From Chlorokybus atmophyticus (taxonomy: Eukaryota > Plantae > Mesostigma and Chlorokybus algae): DNA of 64,000 bases. The stretch spans positions 225,683 to 289,682 of the forward strand of contig RHPI01003508.1 in the NCBI GenBank assembly GCA_009103225.1, in the 5' to 3' direction. The notes below the pieces were generated by a model, which was not told where the DNA came from, did no database searches, and saw only the letters and a program-made list of their open reading frames with translations. Made by a program: the position numbers and the translations under genes. This document shows, piece after piece, positions 25,001 through 38,158 of the stretch; positions within the stretch are counted from its first letter, which is position 1, and every line of letters begins with the position of its first letter.

Positions 25001-25098
25001 ACATTGTGAGCGGTGTGAGTGTCAAACCTGACCCTCGCAAAGTGCAAGTTGTAAGGGATTGGCCCCAACCCAAGAATATACATCAGCTGCGATCCTGA
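22020..25098 (+). mobile_element. Ty3/gypsy LTR retrotransposon remnant (gag, zinc knuckle, protease, RT), truncated before RNase H/integrase
   Basis: Gag (YLQEFQAL…FELYKRGLDARVR), CCHC knuckle CYVCH*KGHIPKNC, protease LIDTNATHNFV, and RT motifs SSSPFGAPI, CVDYRALNK, YPLPRIDD, GLSNAPTVFQ, VYLNDIII, KCDF…FLGHIVS and PDPRKV…DWPQPKN. Many stops and frameshifts. Confidence 0.93.
22135..22654 (-). mobile_element. TRIM-like miniature LTR element (520 bp) inserted in the gypsy gag region
   Basis: Two TG…CA repeats of 79 and 77 bp (22135-22213, 22578-22654), a 5-bp TSD ATATT on both sides (22130-22134, 22655-22659), a minus-strand polypurine tract TGGGGGAAAA abutting the left repeat, and a TGG-initiated PBS-like site next to the right repeat. 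Confidence 0.82.
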
Positions 25099-25099
25099 C

Positions 25100-27240
25100 G
25101 TGCTGCGCGCGCGACCTGTCACGCGGCGGGTAGGTCGCAGCAGCGCCGTGCGACCCACCTCACCTATTGGCACTGCAAGTAATAAAGCATCTGTTGAAAA
25201 AATGCTATGATGTTATGTAATAACATGTTATGCGGAAGCATTACCATTGATAATGACTTTGATCATATCATGTCATGGGTGGGATCAAACACTGTATGAT
25301 GATGCATTATAATGTACAATGAATTGCCCATCACTTGTTAGCACACATATCGCATCACAAATATTACCAATATTTATCAGTGGTACGCATGAACAAGATA
25401 TGAAATACGTACTCGCCAACGAACTCTGGAAAAAGTACGAAAAAACAAGCATACTTTGCATACCACGTAGTAGTATGCGTACTGCGTACATTGTAACTAT
25501 GGTTGCCACTGCCGCTGCCTTGTGGTTGCGGTTGCCGTCTGGGGCAGCCATCTCTTCTTCGCTGTCGGCATTGATGTTTAACGAGGGAAGGAAGATAGTA
25601 ACTCGCAGCAGCAAAGGGGTTGTCGATGCCCGCTTTGTCAGCTATTGGAAAGGAAGAGTCTGAGGCAACGTCTGCTAGGGATATAGCAGCCTTAGCCCAT
25701 CTTAAGCCTCTAAATGACCTTGTTTTGCGTGCTCCCCAGCTGAGTTCTTGACTCAAGTGAGGCATGCACACCGCACGCCAAGAGCGCAAGCATGGCAATG
25801 TGGAATGCACACCACAAAAGCAATGACTGAGCTCTCTAGAGTGAGCTGCAAGTCAACAAGCTCCTGAGCAAGGACACTTGGGGAATGCACACAGCAGTCA
25901 CGCAATGTATATGTGGGGAATGGATAGCTAAGTAAGACAAGATCACACACTACAAGCACCAAGTGTGCAAGTGAGCGGGCAAGCATGGTCACTACTGATC
26001 AGTGAGTGAAGTGCGAGCAAGCCCTGTAGTAGTGTAAGTATGGTGCAGTGTGCAGGTAGCAAATGCGAGGCCACAAGCATGAGAGCAAGAGTGCACACTT
26101 ACACGTGTACAGGCAAGGCGAGTCCGGGGATGAGCGACGGTCTGTCAGAGCAGCTGGTACGCCTTTTACAACACATACACAACTAACACTGAACTACTTG
26201 CATTGCGGGGGTCCTACTTCGCTGAGCGTCGGGCGCTCATCGGCCCCAAGGTGGGCCAACTGGTTTGTCTCGGGCAGTGACGCCGCCGCTTTTGCTCCAG
26301 TCTGTCTACTTGCAGCTCACTGCCGACACTTCCGGCGGGAGGTGCCTAAGTAGACTGTTATTAAGGCCCGCCGCTATAAAGACGGGACGATATGGGGACT
26401 CCCCATTGGTGGAGGCCAGTGCTGACAGCCGGCTGTCACGCGGCCCGCAGACGTAAGGACTGCGTCCGAATTGGCGGGACTTTGGGGCCAGTAGGTTGAA
26501 CATATATTGATCGATCCGGATGTCAACAAGGCAACACTGGTGTGTTATAGGATGCGAGAGGAAAGTGCGTGTCGAGGGTCACCACCGTGACAGTATTGAA
26601 GTATGCCTCAAATCTCTCAAAGTTAGCAGTAATGCATATCACCACTTGATATGGATGTAACGATCACCCTTGCCGATGAAAGTTTTAATTTGCAAAGCCA
26701 ACCACGACGATGCAATGACATCTTATGTTATTTTAGATGACTGCTCTGCCAATGATGGTTGAACCGCTTTCAAGCATGCTGCTTGAAATGTACTCGGGTA
26801 GTGGTAGTGATTGAGTCGGTCATTGAAGGTGAGCTTTGCAACACATCATTTGTAAACAGCTTGCTAATGACTCCACAAGCGTGGAAGCTCCCTTACCGAC
26901 GATTGAATATGTTTATTTAAGCATAAAGTCTTATTATGGACATTGAACATGCATAAATGTTATTACGGTGTATTACACATTGCATAATAGCATGCAATGT
27001 TAAGACATACTGAAATGCATATACTATACCAATAGGCATTGCCTGTTGAACCTTGCACATGAACACTTCTCCTGTTGTCAGCGACGACATGCTTGACAGG
27101 AATGTCGTGTTGTTTCTGTTGGCGGGTTTCTCAAAAGTTTTTCATGTTAACTCGTATGATCGCTGCCAACACGCACTAGGACGACACCTGACGTATCATG
27201 TTAACAAGCTTGAGACCAACTTAACAGTCATAATGTGATA
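25100..27240. mobile_element. Unclassified decayed repeat/TE sequence
   Basis: Stop-riddled ORF-like stretches on both strands between the truncated gypsy RT and the duplicated block. No family recognised. Confidence 0.3.
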
Positions 27241-27270
27241 TAGCACGGCCCACATATGATGTGCGCACAT

Positions 27271-28152
27271 TATGGGTAGTGCGCGCACATTATATGCCAC
27301 CCTCATCGACCACACATGCTTGCACGCTGCCTAGCAGTATGCATGCACGTGTGCACAATAACTTGATGCTTACGAAATGGGACCAGTATCCACATAGGCA
27401 AATTCCTGCTTGGGTAGTATGAAGGTAAAGGTTGCAAGGGAGCACGCAAGGTGGAGAAGCTGACAATGGGCGGGTTGTTGTGTTAAAAACAGACTCGGTC
27501 AACAACTGTTGGTAGGTGTGTATGCATAAACTCGCGTGCCTTATTTGCATGGTGTGTTCAATCACGATGTTTGCGGCTTTTTACAAGTGAAGACCATCGA
27601 CATCCCTGAGGACGAGGGTCAAGTCAGATCCAAGGACCATTCAAGTACTGAATCATCTGCAAAGCAACATAGGCTATGTCAGCGGCTTGGATTATTGACA
27701 GCTAAGTCTTTTGAAAACATGTTGCTAATTTGGTGCATGCCAATGATGCTATATTGCCGTTGGGTATGGCATTTTGGGACAATCGAGTTGCCGTCATATC
27801 TCAGGTAAGAAACACTTCAATGCATCACGGATGTACTATTCATGGTTTTTGTGACTAAGCTCTTACATGTTACCTCTTGCGCAGGAGGATGCCGCGTTGT
27901 GGATCGGTCAGATTAATTACGTGACGGCTTTATGACTGATCAACACGATTGACGCAGGGGCTTCTCAAAGTACTAGTAGTACTACTTTTTAAAAGACCAC
28001 GAGTGCAAGCCCATCTACTGCGATGTGGAGGGCATCGCGTGGATAAACCACCATCGGGCTGTGACCATCGCGCTGTTGGCCAAAGCCAACTAGCCATACA
28101 CTTGCAAAACAAAGACTAGTCGCTGCACATCTTTGGGCTACCGATGCATTGA
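27271..28152 (+). pseudogene. Degenerate duplicate of the 3' exons and introns of the beta-propeller gene
   Basis: Collinear with ~16893-17762 including introns (GCAAATTCCTGCTTGG, GTGAAGACCATCGACATCCC, GAGGATGCCGCGTTGTGGATCGG, TACTGCGATGTGGAGGGCAT). Contains stops and indels. Confidence 0.9.
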
Positions 28153-28952
28153 GAAAAGGGATGAGCAATATATGTTAGCTTGGCATCTCCTATTCAATTT
28201 GGCACAAAACACTGACGTGGATGATGTTTGAGTACAGTGGTATGCTAGTGCATATTGGTCCTAACTCTAAAGGTCAAATTGTACATGACCAACCATTTGC
28301 ATGGACTACAGTGCTGTGTAATGCCACGGCCGTCTATCGTGGTCTTTTGCAAATGCTAAACCCAGAACATCAAATAAGTCTGTCATCTGCCATCTCAAGT
28401 GAGCATGTTCCAAATTCAGAGCTCCACCAATATAGCTGCTATATCACTCTAGTCACGAACACATCACACATAACATTGAATAACACTACCCCGTTAGCGT
28501 TGAAATCATGACCGTACCGACATGCATGCTTATAACAGCCTCGTGCTGATCTTGTACAATCATGATACTCATGAGTGCTGGCAACACGTCGGCAAGCTGT
28601 CCTCTATATTGTGTGGGAAGGGAGAGATGGCAACTTGGCATCATCAGAGGTCACAAGCACTTGGGGCAATGCATAAATGTTTGGTGTGTAGGGAGTGTGC
28701 ACAGAACATGCGAGAGGGGTATGCTCGTTCAGACCACACCGCGTGCTAAATTGGCGACTGGTGCCCACGTCAGACAATACCTGATGTATCATCCAAAAGA
28801 GAGATGCATGCTATCCAGTCGGTACTGTATTCGTGCGCATACCGCCCGCCCCCCCCCCCCCCCCCCCCCCCCCCCCNNNNNNNNNNNNNNNNNNNNNNNN
28901 NNNNNNNNNNNNNNNNNNNNNNNNNNNNNNNNNNNNNNNNNNNNNNNNNNNN

Positions 28953-28985
<33 letters not shown>

Positions 28986-29246
28986 TTATTGGGGGTCGGT
29001 GGGTGGTCCATTCGCACAAATACGATATCTAAGTACGTGCGTTGTGTGCTGTTTGCGTGTCAAGCATGCATCCCAGTACAGTATGCACAGTTGCACCGCC
29101 GAGTGACATGAGACAGCTTGAGGCGGCACACAAAACTGCAGCTCAACTTTCCCAAAATCGCCAGCAAGTCACAACGCAAACAACTTACATCTGATATTTC
29201 GCCCTGCCAACATGCCATGTAACCACAGCAGGCGGGTCATACCACA

Positions 29247-32200
29247 TCAGCTGTTTGGCTTGTCCGCCCCTTCCGTGTCCTGTCCCGGTCTGCCCTCGCT
29301 GGAAGCGTCATTGCCACTCTCTTGTTGACCAGATTGTCCTGCACGCGCCTGCTCTGCCTGGTCCTGAATCGCTTGTAGGAAGGCGTCCAGCCGATACCCA
29401 TACCTACACAGAAACGACCATGATGAGTAATAGCAACTGATGTGTGAGTGTGGGGGCGTGCATGTGACTGAACTGAAAATTGGTATGCTGTGAGGGTGTG
29501 AGAAGGCATGCATGCGTACATGTGTGGGTGCATGGAAAATGCAATGCTGTCAAGGCCTAAAACCTGTTGTTGTCAAGCGGCAGTGTTTATAATTCAGTTG
29601 CGCTCACCTGTCAGGGTCGATGCCGAACTGAGTGAGGTCGAGACGGCCGCTCTGCAACACCTGAGTGAAGCTCTCCAGTTGCGAGCGAAACTGGGGGCTC
29701 TGCACGAGGTCTGCCATTGCCTGCGGGGAACGCATGCTGTCCGGCAGGTACGCCGCCAAGCGCTCGTGCATCTCGGGATCTTGAAGCATTGGAAGCACCA
29801 CTTCCGGAGTGAGCACATCAGCCAAGCTGGGTCCTGCAGGGGTCAGGAGAACAATGAGAACACTGACATGTGCAAGCTGCAAAGTAGCAGGGCCGTAGTG
29901 ACTGTGCAGACAGCCATCGCATGCACAGCGACAGCTTGAAGGTGTGAGAGCAAAACACGTAGAGCATCAGCAGGGTACCTGGTTGTTGTTGTTGATGACC
30001 GCCTGTTGCTTGGGCAGCAGCCGAAAGAGCTGCGGCTGCCTGGTCGGGATGGATGTTTTGAGGTTGATTATGCGCACCTGCATCAATATGCACAAACAAC
30101 TCAATGTCAAACACTACAGCACGCAGGCCCTGCTTTCTGCCTGGTATAAGGTTAGACCAACCAAAAGGCCCTACCTGACATTCCGCCCTGCTGCTGCTGC
30201 TGCTGAGCCACCTGCGCAAGGATGTTCTGCAGTTCCTCATAGCCAACCTGCGGCGGAGGCCGCCTCGGCGGCCGGTCTGGTTGCGCAGAGGAAGCTGGAG
30301 TTGAGTGCTGAGGCGTTGTGGTCGTCGCGCTGTCCTCCATGCTGTGAAAGACAGGCAGGAACGCAGCATGAGCGCACGCACACGACTGAGACGGGAGAAG
30401 CTGATGCTCGAAGCATTAGCAGTGCGACTTGTGTTAATGCGTTTCTCACGCAGTTGCTCTACACGGGTGACTTCCAGTACGATGCGACGATTGTCATGCT
30501 GTAGCAAAATAGTCTGTCTGTGAGACACAGCAGCGATGCTATTGGCTGTGCTCAGCATGCAGAGTCTGACCGTGTATCTGCCCCTTCATGCTGCACCTCG
30601 CTGCTCTGAAATGAGCCAGGCGTTTCCGCCTCCACATCTACATCCGAGCACAGCTTTAGATAAGCCAGTTAGACAAGGCAGCGACTGGTGTGTTGACTTG
30701 TTTCACACACCGAGAACTTGAACCTGCCTTGCATCGCCGAGATGGCTGCATTAACGGCTGTGCAAACATCCGCGTCCGCATCCGTGTTGGGCTCTTGCAT
30801 CCAGAACAGGACCTCCCTTCCTCCAGATGCAAAGCGCAGTTTGTACACGCGCTGATTTGTCTGCTCCACCTGCAGACGGCATCCAAACAATACTGAGCAT
30901 CAGTCCATGCACGCATAACCTTTCTCAACCAAACTATGACTGCAAGTCCTAACCTTGTTGAACTGCGCGTCACCGGGAAATAGAATGAAGTCCTGCATGG
31001 AAGAAATCAATCTGTCAACTAGCTTGCATCCATATTATACGAAAGCTAATCATGATGTGGTGCATTGTTGGCTCTGGCATGTCACGGATACAATGCAAAC
31101 CCCCAAAGCACACCATACGATGGTGCAACCCTTTACAAAGCCAACTTACATCTTCTACGGTGCCAGAAATCCGATCCTGCCACTGGAAGTACACCAGATC
31201 ATCATGCATCTGCCAGGGACAAAAGGTGTTCAGTCCATTGGCGTATTAGAAGTCAGCAGGCACCCCTGGCGCAACCACAGCATTTTGGCAACAAACCCGC
31301 GAGACAGGAATGTTGGCACAGATCTAAGGCACACCGCTTCCCATTTGCTAACCATCTTGCACGCACCAAGAAACGACAACAGCAAGCAAACCACACAAGA
31401 AGACCACAGTGCCACAGGCATTCCCTCCCTTGCCGCATGCATTGGGACTACGTGGTGTGGTTACTGCCAGGCTTACTCGCACGACGCGCACAAGTCCTCG
31501 GCGAGTGTCCGGCCGTGCTGTGCCCTCTTCAAGCTTCATCTTTCCCGCCTTGAACTGCACCAAAACCTGCACAATACTTATGTTACTGAACAGACAGTTG
31601 CTCCACTCTCTGAAGCAATGCACATGAGACACTCCGCTCTGAGACACTCCGCTACCATGACATGCACAATGTGCATATAACAATAGCTGAGTGCGCAATG
31701 AGTTGACGGCTCTACTAGTGTAGTGAACTCAATGCGAGTGATGATCTTTTGCTGGTGAGGTGACGACAGGTACAGCAGACATACAGCAGAAGCAGCGAAT
31801 AAGTGACGACTTTGCTAGTGTAATGAGCTCAGTGCGCAGCGTACTGATGGCGTTGCTACATCCATTTGCTGGACATTGCGCAAGGTCAAAGCCAATCCAC
31901 AGCTCAATCATAAGCCATGGACAGATTGCATTGCAAGTAGCATGGAGCATCCAAGCACGTATCCAAGTTGAAAGCTGTGCACAGACAGAAACAATCCGGC
32001 ATGGGTAAACTTTTGTAGCTACAAAAGCTGAGAGCTGTAAGCATGCTTGAGAGTGATGTCAAAATCTCGCTGGGATTGTAAGGTGAGAGGGCACGAAAGT
32101 GTGAGGAGCAAATGCAGCACGGGACAGTTCAGCCAACACGGGTTGCAGTCATCCTGCTAAGTAACACCGCTTCATGTTGCAGCTGTGCAACATGAAGCTA

Positions 32201-32540
32201 ACACTTGCTGCAGCGCGTGTGCATCCGCAACTCAACGATTGCAACTCAACAAACGCATGCATGGGTAATTTGCAGCTTCGTATGCGTACAGCTAGGCAAC
32301 TGCACTGTAGTGGGAAACAAAGTCGGTTGCGCTAACCAAACAACAGCGTGCCCTTGGGCATGAGAGCATGCAAACAAGCTGGGCAAGCCGCAATCGTCAA
32401 CAGCTGCTCAGCTGCATGTCAACAGCGGAGCAGCTGCTCCGCTGTTGACATGCACGAAGAGAGAGAGTAGCGACAAGTGTACCAGCCATTACAACGTTGG
32501 AGCTGACATCCCTTACCTCCTCGCCGCCTGGCGCCGCCAT
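29247..32540 (-). CDS. RPN13: 26S proteasome ubiquitin receptor RPN13/ADRM1
   Basis: MAAPGGEE|VLVQFKAGKM…PDTRRGLVRV, DDLVYFQWQDR, DFILFPGDAQF and RVYKLRF…LFWMQEP (Pru domain); SLADVLTPE…LPDS…SPQFRSQLESFTQVLQSG…QFGIDP (UCH37-binding domain). Canonical introns. Confidence 0.93.
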
Positions 32541-32653
32541 GTCGCTCCCCTCCGCTGCGCCCTTGCCGCTGCTCCTTCACCCGAACAGCGCCTGCAGCAG
32601 CACCAGTTTTGGCTGCTGCCGGCAGCTGTCAGCTGCCTGCTCCTAGCTGGCTC

Positions 32654-35600
32654 ATGCTGCCTCTAACGCTCCCCCACCACCGCCCGCAGCGCCGTCGCCG
32701 CCCCCGTACCACACAGGTACGACCACAAGCTCAAGCTCTTGTGCCAAAGCTCATGCTGCTGTTATGCGTATGGCAGAGCGCAGCGGGAGTAGCATGCGGC
32801 GGAGGCGGTGATGTCGGTGGCGGCATGGAGACGGTTGCTGGTAAGCACCTGCTGCTGCGGTGCTGAAGCGTGCTCCCCGTGTTGCTGTCATAAGCTGCAA
32901 AGCTACTCAGCAACACACACAGCAAGCTGCTGCGATCGTTGTGACTGCTTGCTTCTCATTGCTATGTTACGTTGTGTTGTTCACTTGCCTAGTGGGTGCT
33001 TCACACCCATAGGCTGCAGTGCACACATGCATTGGTATACAGAATGTCAACAGGCAGGCTTGTAGACTGCACCACGACCAGTATCGAGAAATATCAACAG
33101 TTGCCAGGATGACCACATAAACTCGTGTTTCAATCAACTGCAATGCATCGCGTGGCATTCTATGCCATTCGTCTACCCAGGTCGTAAGCAGAAATTGTTT
33201 GTAAGCCCAAACTGTCCTTTTCAATTAGTCACAAAGTCTGTACGTGACTTGCAACGAAAAGTAGGCATAACATTAATAAGCACACACAGCAATAGCTTGC
33301 TGAGCTTCAGTGCAGTTTGGGTACAGCCTTGTTGGTTGTGCATCGACATGGTAGTCGCAAACTTGCACACAGACACGCGCGCACACGCACACGCAGGTGC
33401 AGGCGCATATGCGCGCACGAGGATGCTGCCTCTCATGCATGTAGCACTGTGCCGGCTGGATCTTGACGCTTGTAAACCTTTCCTACAGAACTCAAGTGGT
33501 ACCTGCCACTGCAGGCATTGCTGTTGACTCTCTCTGCACAATGCTGCCCGGCCGGCGCCGCACTTGGAGACTGTGCCGTTGCGATGACTCAGGGCCGTCG
33601 CAGCAGCATGGAAGACCGCGCAGTGTGCGTGCCAGACCTGTTGTCTGCTTTAGGCAAGCAAACACATGCATGACAGCTGCACTGAACAACGTGTTGCTTA
33701 TGCGGCTAATTGCGTTATGACATGGTAGATGGTTCGGAAGTGCCGCTATTGGGGTATTATGCTGTCTTTGACGGCCACTACGGCAGCCGAGCGGCTGACT
33801 TTGCTGCTGACAAGCTCAAAGAGGTGCTGCGCGCTGCAATGCTGGATGGCAACCACACGCATGCGCTGCTGACTCGCCACTGCGATGCTTTGCTGCATGG
33901 CAACTTCACTGCTGCTGTGCTCAAGTCATTTGAGGTTGTTGATGAGGCCTTTTCAGAGGTACGAACTACCACAGAGTGATATGCAATGAATGTCTATCCA
34001 TCAACCCACAAGGTACTTCATTTCTGCTAGTTGAGTCCGTTAAGTTGTTCGCTTTTTGCATGCTTGCGCGCAGGTCGCTCTGAATACTGGCCTCCCAGAT
34101 GGCACAACAACTATTGTCGTACTATTGCTAGATGGTTGCCTGCTTGTGGCAAATCTCGGCGACTCGAGGGCGCTGCTATGCCAATCACCACGCAATGGAA
34201 CTGGTATGGTTACTACTAACCCAATGATATTTCATGCTGTCTGGTTACCCCACAGTTCACTGAGTGATTATGCATATGGAACCGCAGCTGTTTGTTCATT
34301 TCAGGAGACAGGCAGCTGAGTTTTGCGGAGGCAAGGAGGCTGCGACGGGAGGCTGCCAGGCACAGGCAACTTACCGCTGCAGGTTGGTGGCATGTCGCTC
34401 ACGGTGTTCACGGTGTCCTGTCCTTGCAACGGTCTGCATTGCAACTGGCAACAGAAGACCTTAGCTGCTGCTGTTGCTGTATGACGTATGCAGGCTCACT
34501 ACCCTTACCAGCAAGCTCAGTGGTTCCTGTGCCGCTGTCAATTGATCATGACCCGAACTGGCCAAGCGAGCGCTCGCGCATTGAAGCATCCGGTACAAGC
34601 CAGTATATGCTTACTTGTTTTTGTGTTTCCTACTAGCAATGCCTCTGCTTTGTGTGATAATTGTTTGTTTTTGTGCTTGGGATGTGCGTGCGCTCGTGTG
34701 GTTCCCTATATCAGTGCATGCATGCGTGAGTGCATGTACGTATGTGTATGATTATGGTTGGCCGATACCTGCCCCTGTGCCAGTGCAGGTGGGTTTGTCA
34801 CAAATATTGGAGGCATATGGCGCTTGATGGGTGAGTTGGCTGTTTCTCGGGCCTTTGGCGATATGCCGTTTCGCAGGTAATGTACCCCTTGCGTCATTGT
34901 TCCAGTCACCTCACCTTTTGACCACAACAAATATGCCTCGCACCGCAGCTCATTACATCATAGTACACTTCAGGTATGGTCTCATTGCAGAGCCTGAGGT
35001 CTCAGCCTGGCGCAACCTTTCACAGCACAACAATCTCCTAGTCATTGCATCCGACGGCCTTTTTGAAACCTTATCAGACCAGGAAGTATGCGACATAGTG
35101 GCACTCAATGAAGGTAGCTTACAGGTGAGCATAAACGCATCGCTATTCAGTTTGATCCAGTCAATTGTGCTGTAACACGCCGACGCACACATGGAGCACA
35201 CGATATTGGTTTGTTGTTTGAACTACACAACAAGGACGGTATTTATTTTCTTGCAGGATGCAGCGGAAAGGTTGCGCGAACAAGCGTATGAGAAGGCCAG
35301 CATGGACAACATTGCTGTAGTGCTGGTTGATGTCAACAGCTGGGAGAGGAGTGAAACACATCGGCAGGCACGAGGAAGACAGGATGACATAATCCCAACT
35401 GCAGAAGTCATGCTCTACAATTCGGCAGAAGGTGACAGTAGCTGCACTGTCTCATTGGATACCGCTGGGCTTGCTGTGGATTCGGCTTCCGGTGTTCTCG
35501 ATGCTTCAGTCTGGACGACGGTGCGCCAGTTGCTGCCGCCAGTATACAATGGCGGGCAAGGCAGCACATACCTTATGCCAGGAGCTGTGGTACATCCAAT

Positions 35601-38158
35601 ACTCGTAGCATGTGCATGTGCATGTGTATGCGCGCACGTGTATATGTGCATATGTGCTTGCATGCATCTGTGCATGTGTACTTGGTTTTGTGAACTACAG
35701 GATCAATGCTGACTTCTTGTGTTGCACACAGGTCGGTGGACATGGACTCGCATGGCAGTATCGCCTGCAGCTGCGGCTGACATTACTCCAGCCGCCTATG
35801 CAACATCTCTCTTTGCATGCATTGCCAGCCGAGGTGCACGATGATGCACAGCACGACTACATGTACGGCCGTCTGGAATGGTATCCAGAACAATACATCG
35901 CGAATCTGCCTTCGGGATTTGCCTCCTTCCTCAGCTCCATAGGCTCCATCAACCTTCAGCGCCGTCATGAGGTGTCCGGCTCTCCGGACTCGACATCACG
36001 ACATCACAGGTGCTATTCATGGCTACTGCGGTACATTTGTGTTCAAATTGTGCTGGTTAGTGCCATATAACCTGCTATACAACCTGTTTGTAACACCACT
36101 ATGCAGGTACACCTTGCATGATAATTTTGCAAGAGGTGCTTTCGGTGACATATGGCGTGCGACGCGCTGCGATGCAGAAGAGCCGTGCGCTGAGTACACA
36201 GAATGGACCAGTCCGAACAGCACGGGTGACGGCAGCGAGGAAGAGCAAACAAACAACAACAACAACAACAACAACAACGGCAGCGATGCGTCTTCAGCTT
36301 CCTATTCATACATTCTGAAGCGAATACTTGTGCGCGAAAGCCCCGCCAAGGCACTGTCAGCTTTGCGCGAGGCGTACTTTGGCCAACTCTTCAGAAACAT
36401 CACCTCAGCGGAAGTGGTGCTGCAAGAAGAGGATGTTGGCCACATTGTGGAGTTCCATGAGAGTTTTGAGCGCAACGGGGGCGCAGAACTATGGCTCGTG
36501 TTTGAAGATGCAGGTAATGTAACAATGGGTCATTACCTGGGTAACCAGCTTTGTTGGTTGCCACAAGTACTGTGTATACTTGCGTGGCAATGGGCGTATT
36601 ACTCAGTTGCGTCCGCTTGCAGGCACGGCTTTGGCAAGCATGCTGTATGCGCCAGTTGCAGACTTCACAGATCCTGACTCTTCTCTCGGTGGCATGCGCT
36701 TGGTTGAGCCGTCCTCTTATTGGCGCTGGTTGAAGACAACCGAAGCCGGGCAGTATGCAACTCGCAACCTGTTGCAGCAGCTACTGCAAGTAAGCGTGCG
36801 CATGTGACCTGTTATCAGCGCCTGCAAGCATATCAACCTCTATCGGTTGGCATGTTCAGGCATTGCGCTTCTGCCATGCGCATAACATAACGCATCGCGA
36901 TGTGAAACCGGAAAACATGGTGCTGATGGAAACCCCAGGGCTCAATGGGTTGGGCATGGGTTCGACACATGACCAAAATCACCTTCGCCTTGTGGACTTT
37001 GGCAGTGCGCTGGACAACAATACCATACAATTCCTGTATGGAAAGCAAGGTAGCCGACATGCATAGATGTGGCCGAATATATGCTCACAGAGGAACATGC
37101 TTTGAAGCGGTGGTGGTCTCTCAACGCGATTTGTCGCTTTGCATAGGTATCAATTCTGAACTTGTACTGCAGGTCCTACTATTGAGCAAGAGACGCCTGA
37201 TTATGCGCCGCCGGAGGCCCTGTTTGGGACTTATTGGACACGCGCTCCACCGCATCGCACCGCAAAGCAAGCATGACTTAGCACTGTCTTCGAATTATGT
37301 TGATGAACATAATTCCAGAAAACAACCTTAGGAATGTTGTCCTGTAGGTATGACATCTGGAGCGTGGGAGTGGTCATGCTCGAGCTTGCTCTCGGAACTC
37401 CACACGTGTTCAACATTGATGCAAGGACGCGCGCTTTGCTGGAGAGGAGACTGATGGGAGAAAACGAGCACAACCGCGACATGGCCTACAAGTACTGTTG
37501 ATCTCTAAGCTATCATTGTTTGCTGGACTGTTGCCTGTGGTGCGTCTGTACTTGTTAGCAATTTCATCCCAGCATGTGGTGCGACTCAGGCTAAGAGCAC
37601 TTCTGGAGATGTGCATCTTCCCACCAAGGCACACTGCCAGCTCTCCTGTCTCGTGGGCGTGCACTGAAGAGGCTTTGCAGACACACATTAAGATGCGAGA
37701 CCCCCTCAACATCGGTCAGTGTTGTCTGACAACTCAATATGCTTTGTTCCTAGTAATGTTGTCGTTTGCTGCATGCTTGCAACAACTGCCATGCTGTCAT
37801 AGCCAATGGCCTTGCATCCTTGGCATCCATACAGAGTGCTTTGACCATGGGCGGCTGACGTCTCACATACTCAGCTAGTTATTGCATGGAGCACATGCAG
37901 GGTGTCAACTGTTGGCACACTTCAAGAGGTAGCATGTCTTGACTGGCAGGTATGCCGGATGTGTGGTCACTGCGGCTGCTGCGCCGCTTGCTGCAGTGGA
38001 GTCCAGACGACCGCATCACCTCAGCCGAAGCTCTGGAGCACGCTTACTTCCATGCCAGCGCCACGGGTTTTCAGTGTTCGCAATGCCCGGCGGAGTTTGA
38101 GTTTGCGTGGCAGCTTGACAGGCACAGACAGACTGTGCATGAACTGCATACAGCTTAG
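32654..38158 (+). CDS. PP2C phosphatase + Ser/Thr kinase fusion (At3g63340-like architecture) with N-terminal hydrophobic segment and C-terminal C2H2 finger
   Basis: PP2C motifs QGRRSSMEDR, AVFDGHYG, VANLGDSRA, LSIDHDP, LAVSRAFGD, IASDGLFE and SMDNIAVV. Kinase motifs ARGAFGDIW, YILKR, THRDVKPEN, LVDFGS, YAPPE, YDIWSVGV and RLLQWSPDDRITSAEALEHAYF. Confidence 0.88.

Noticed and set aside
25285-25614. Ulp1-like protease fragment (VPLINIGN…IVHYNAS)
   Set aside because: The catalytic His-Trp is absent and the similarity is too weak to support.
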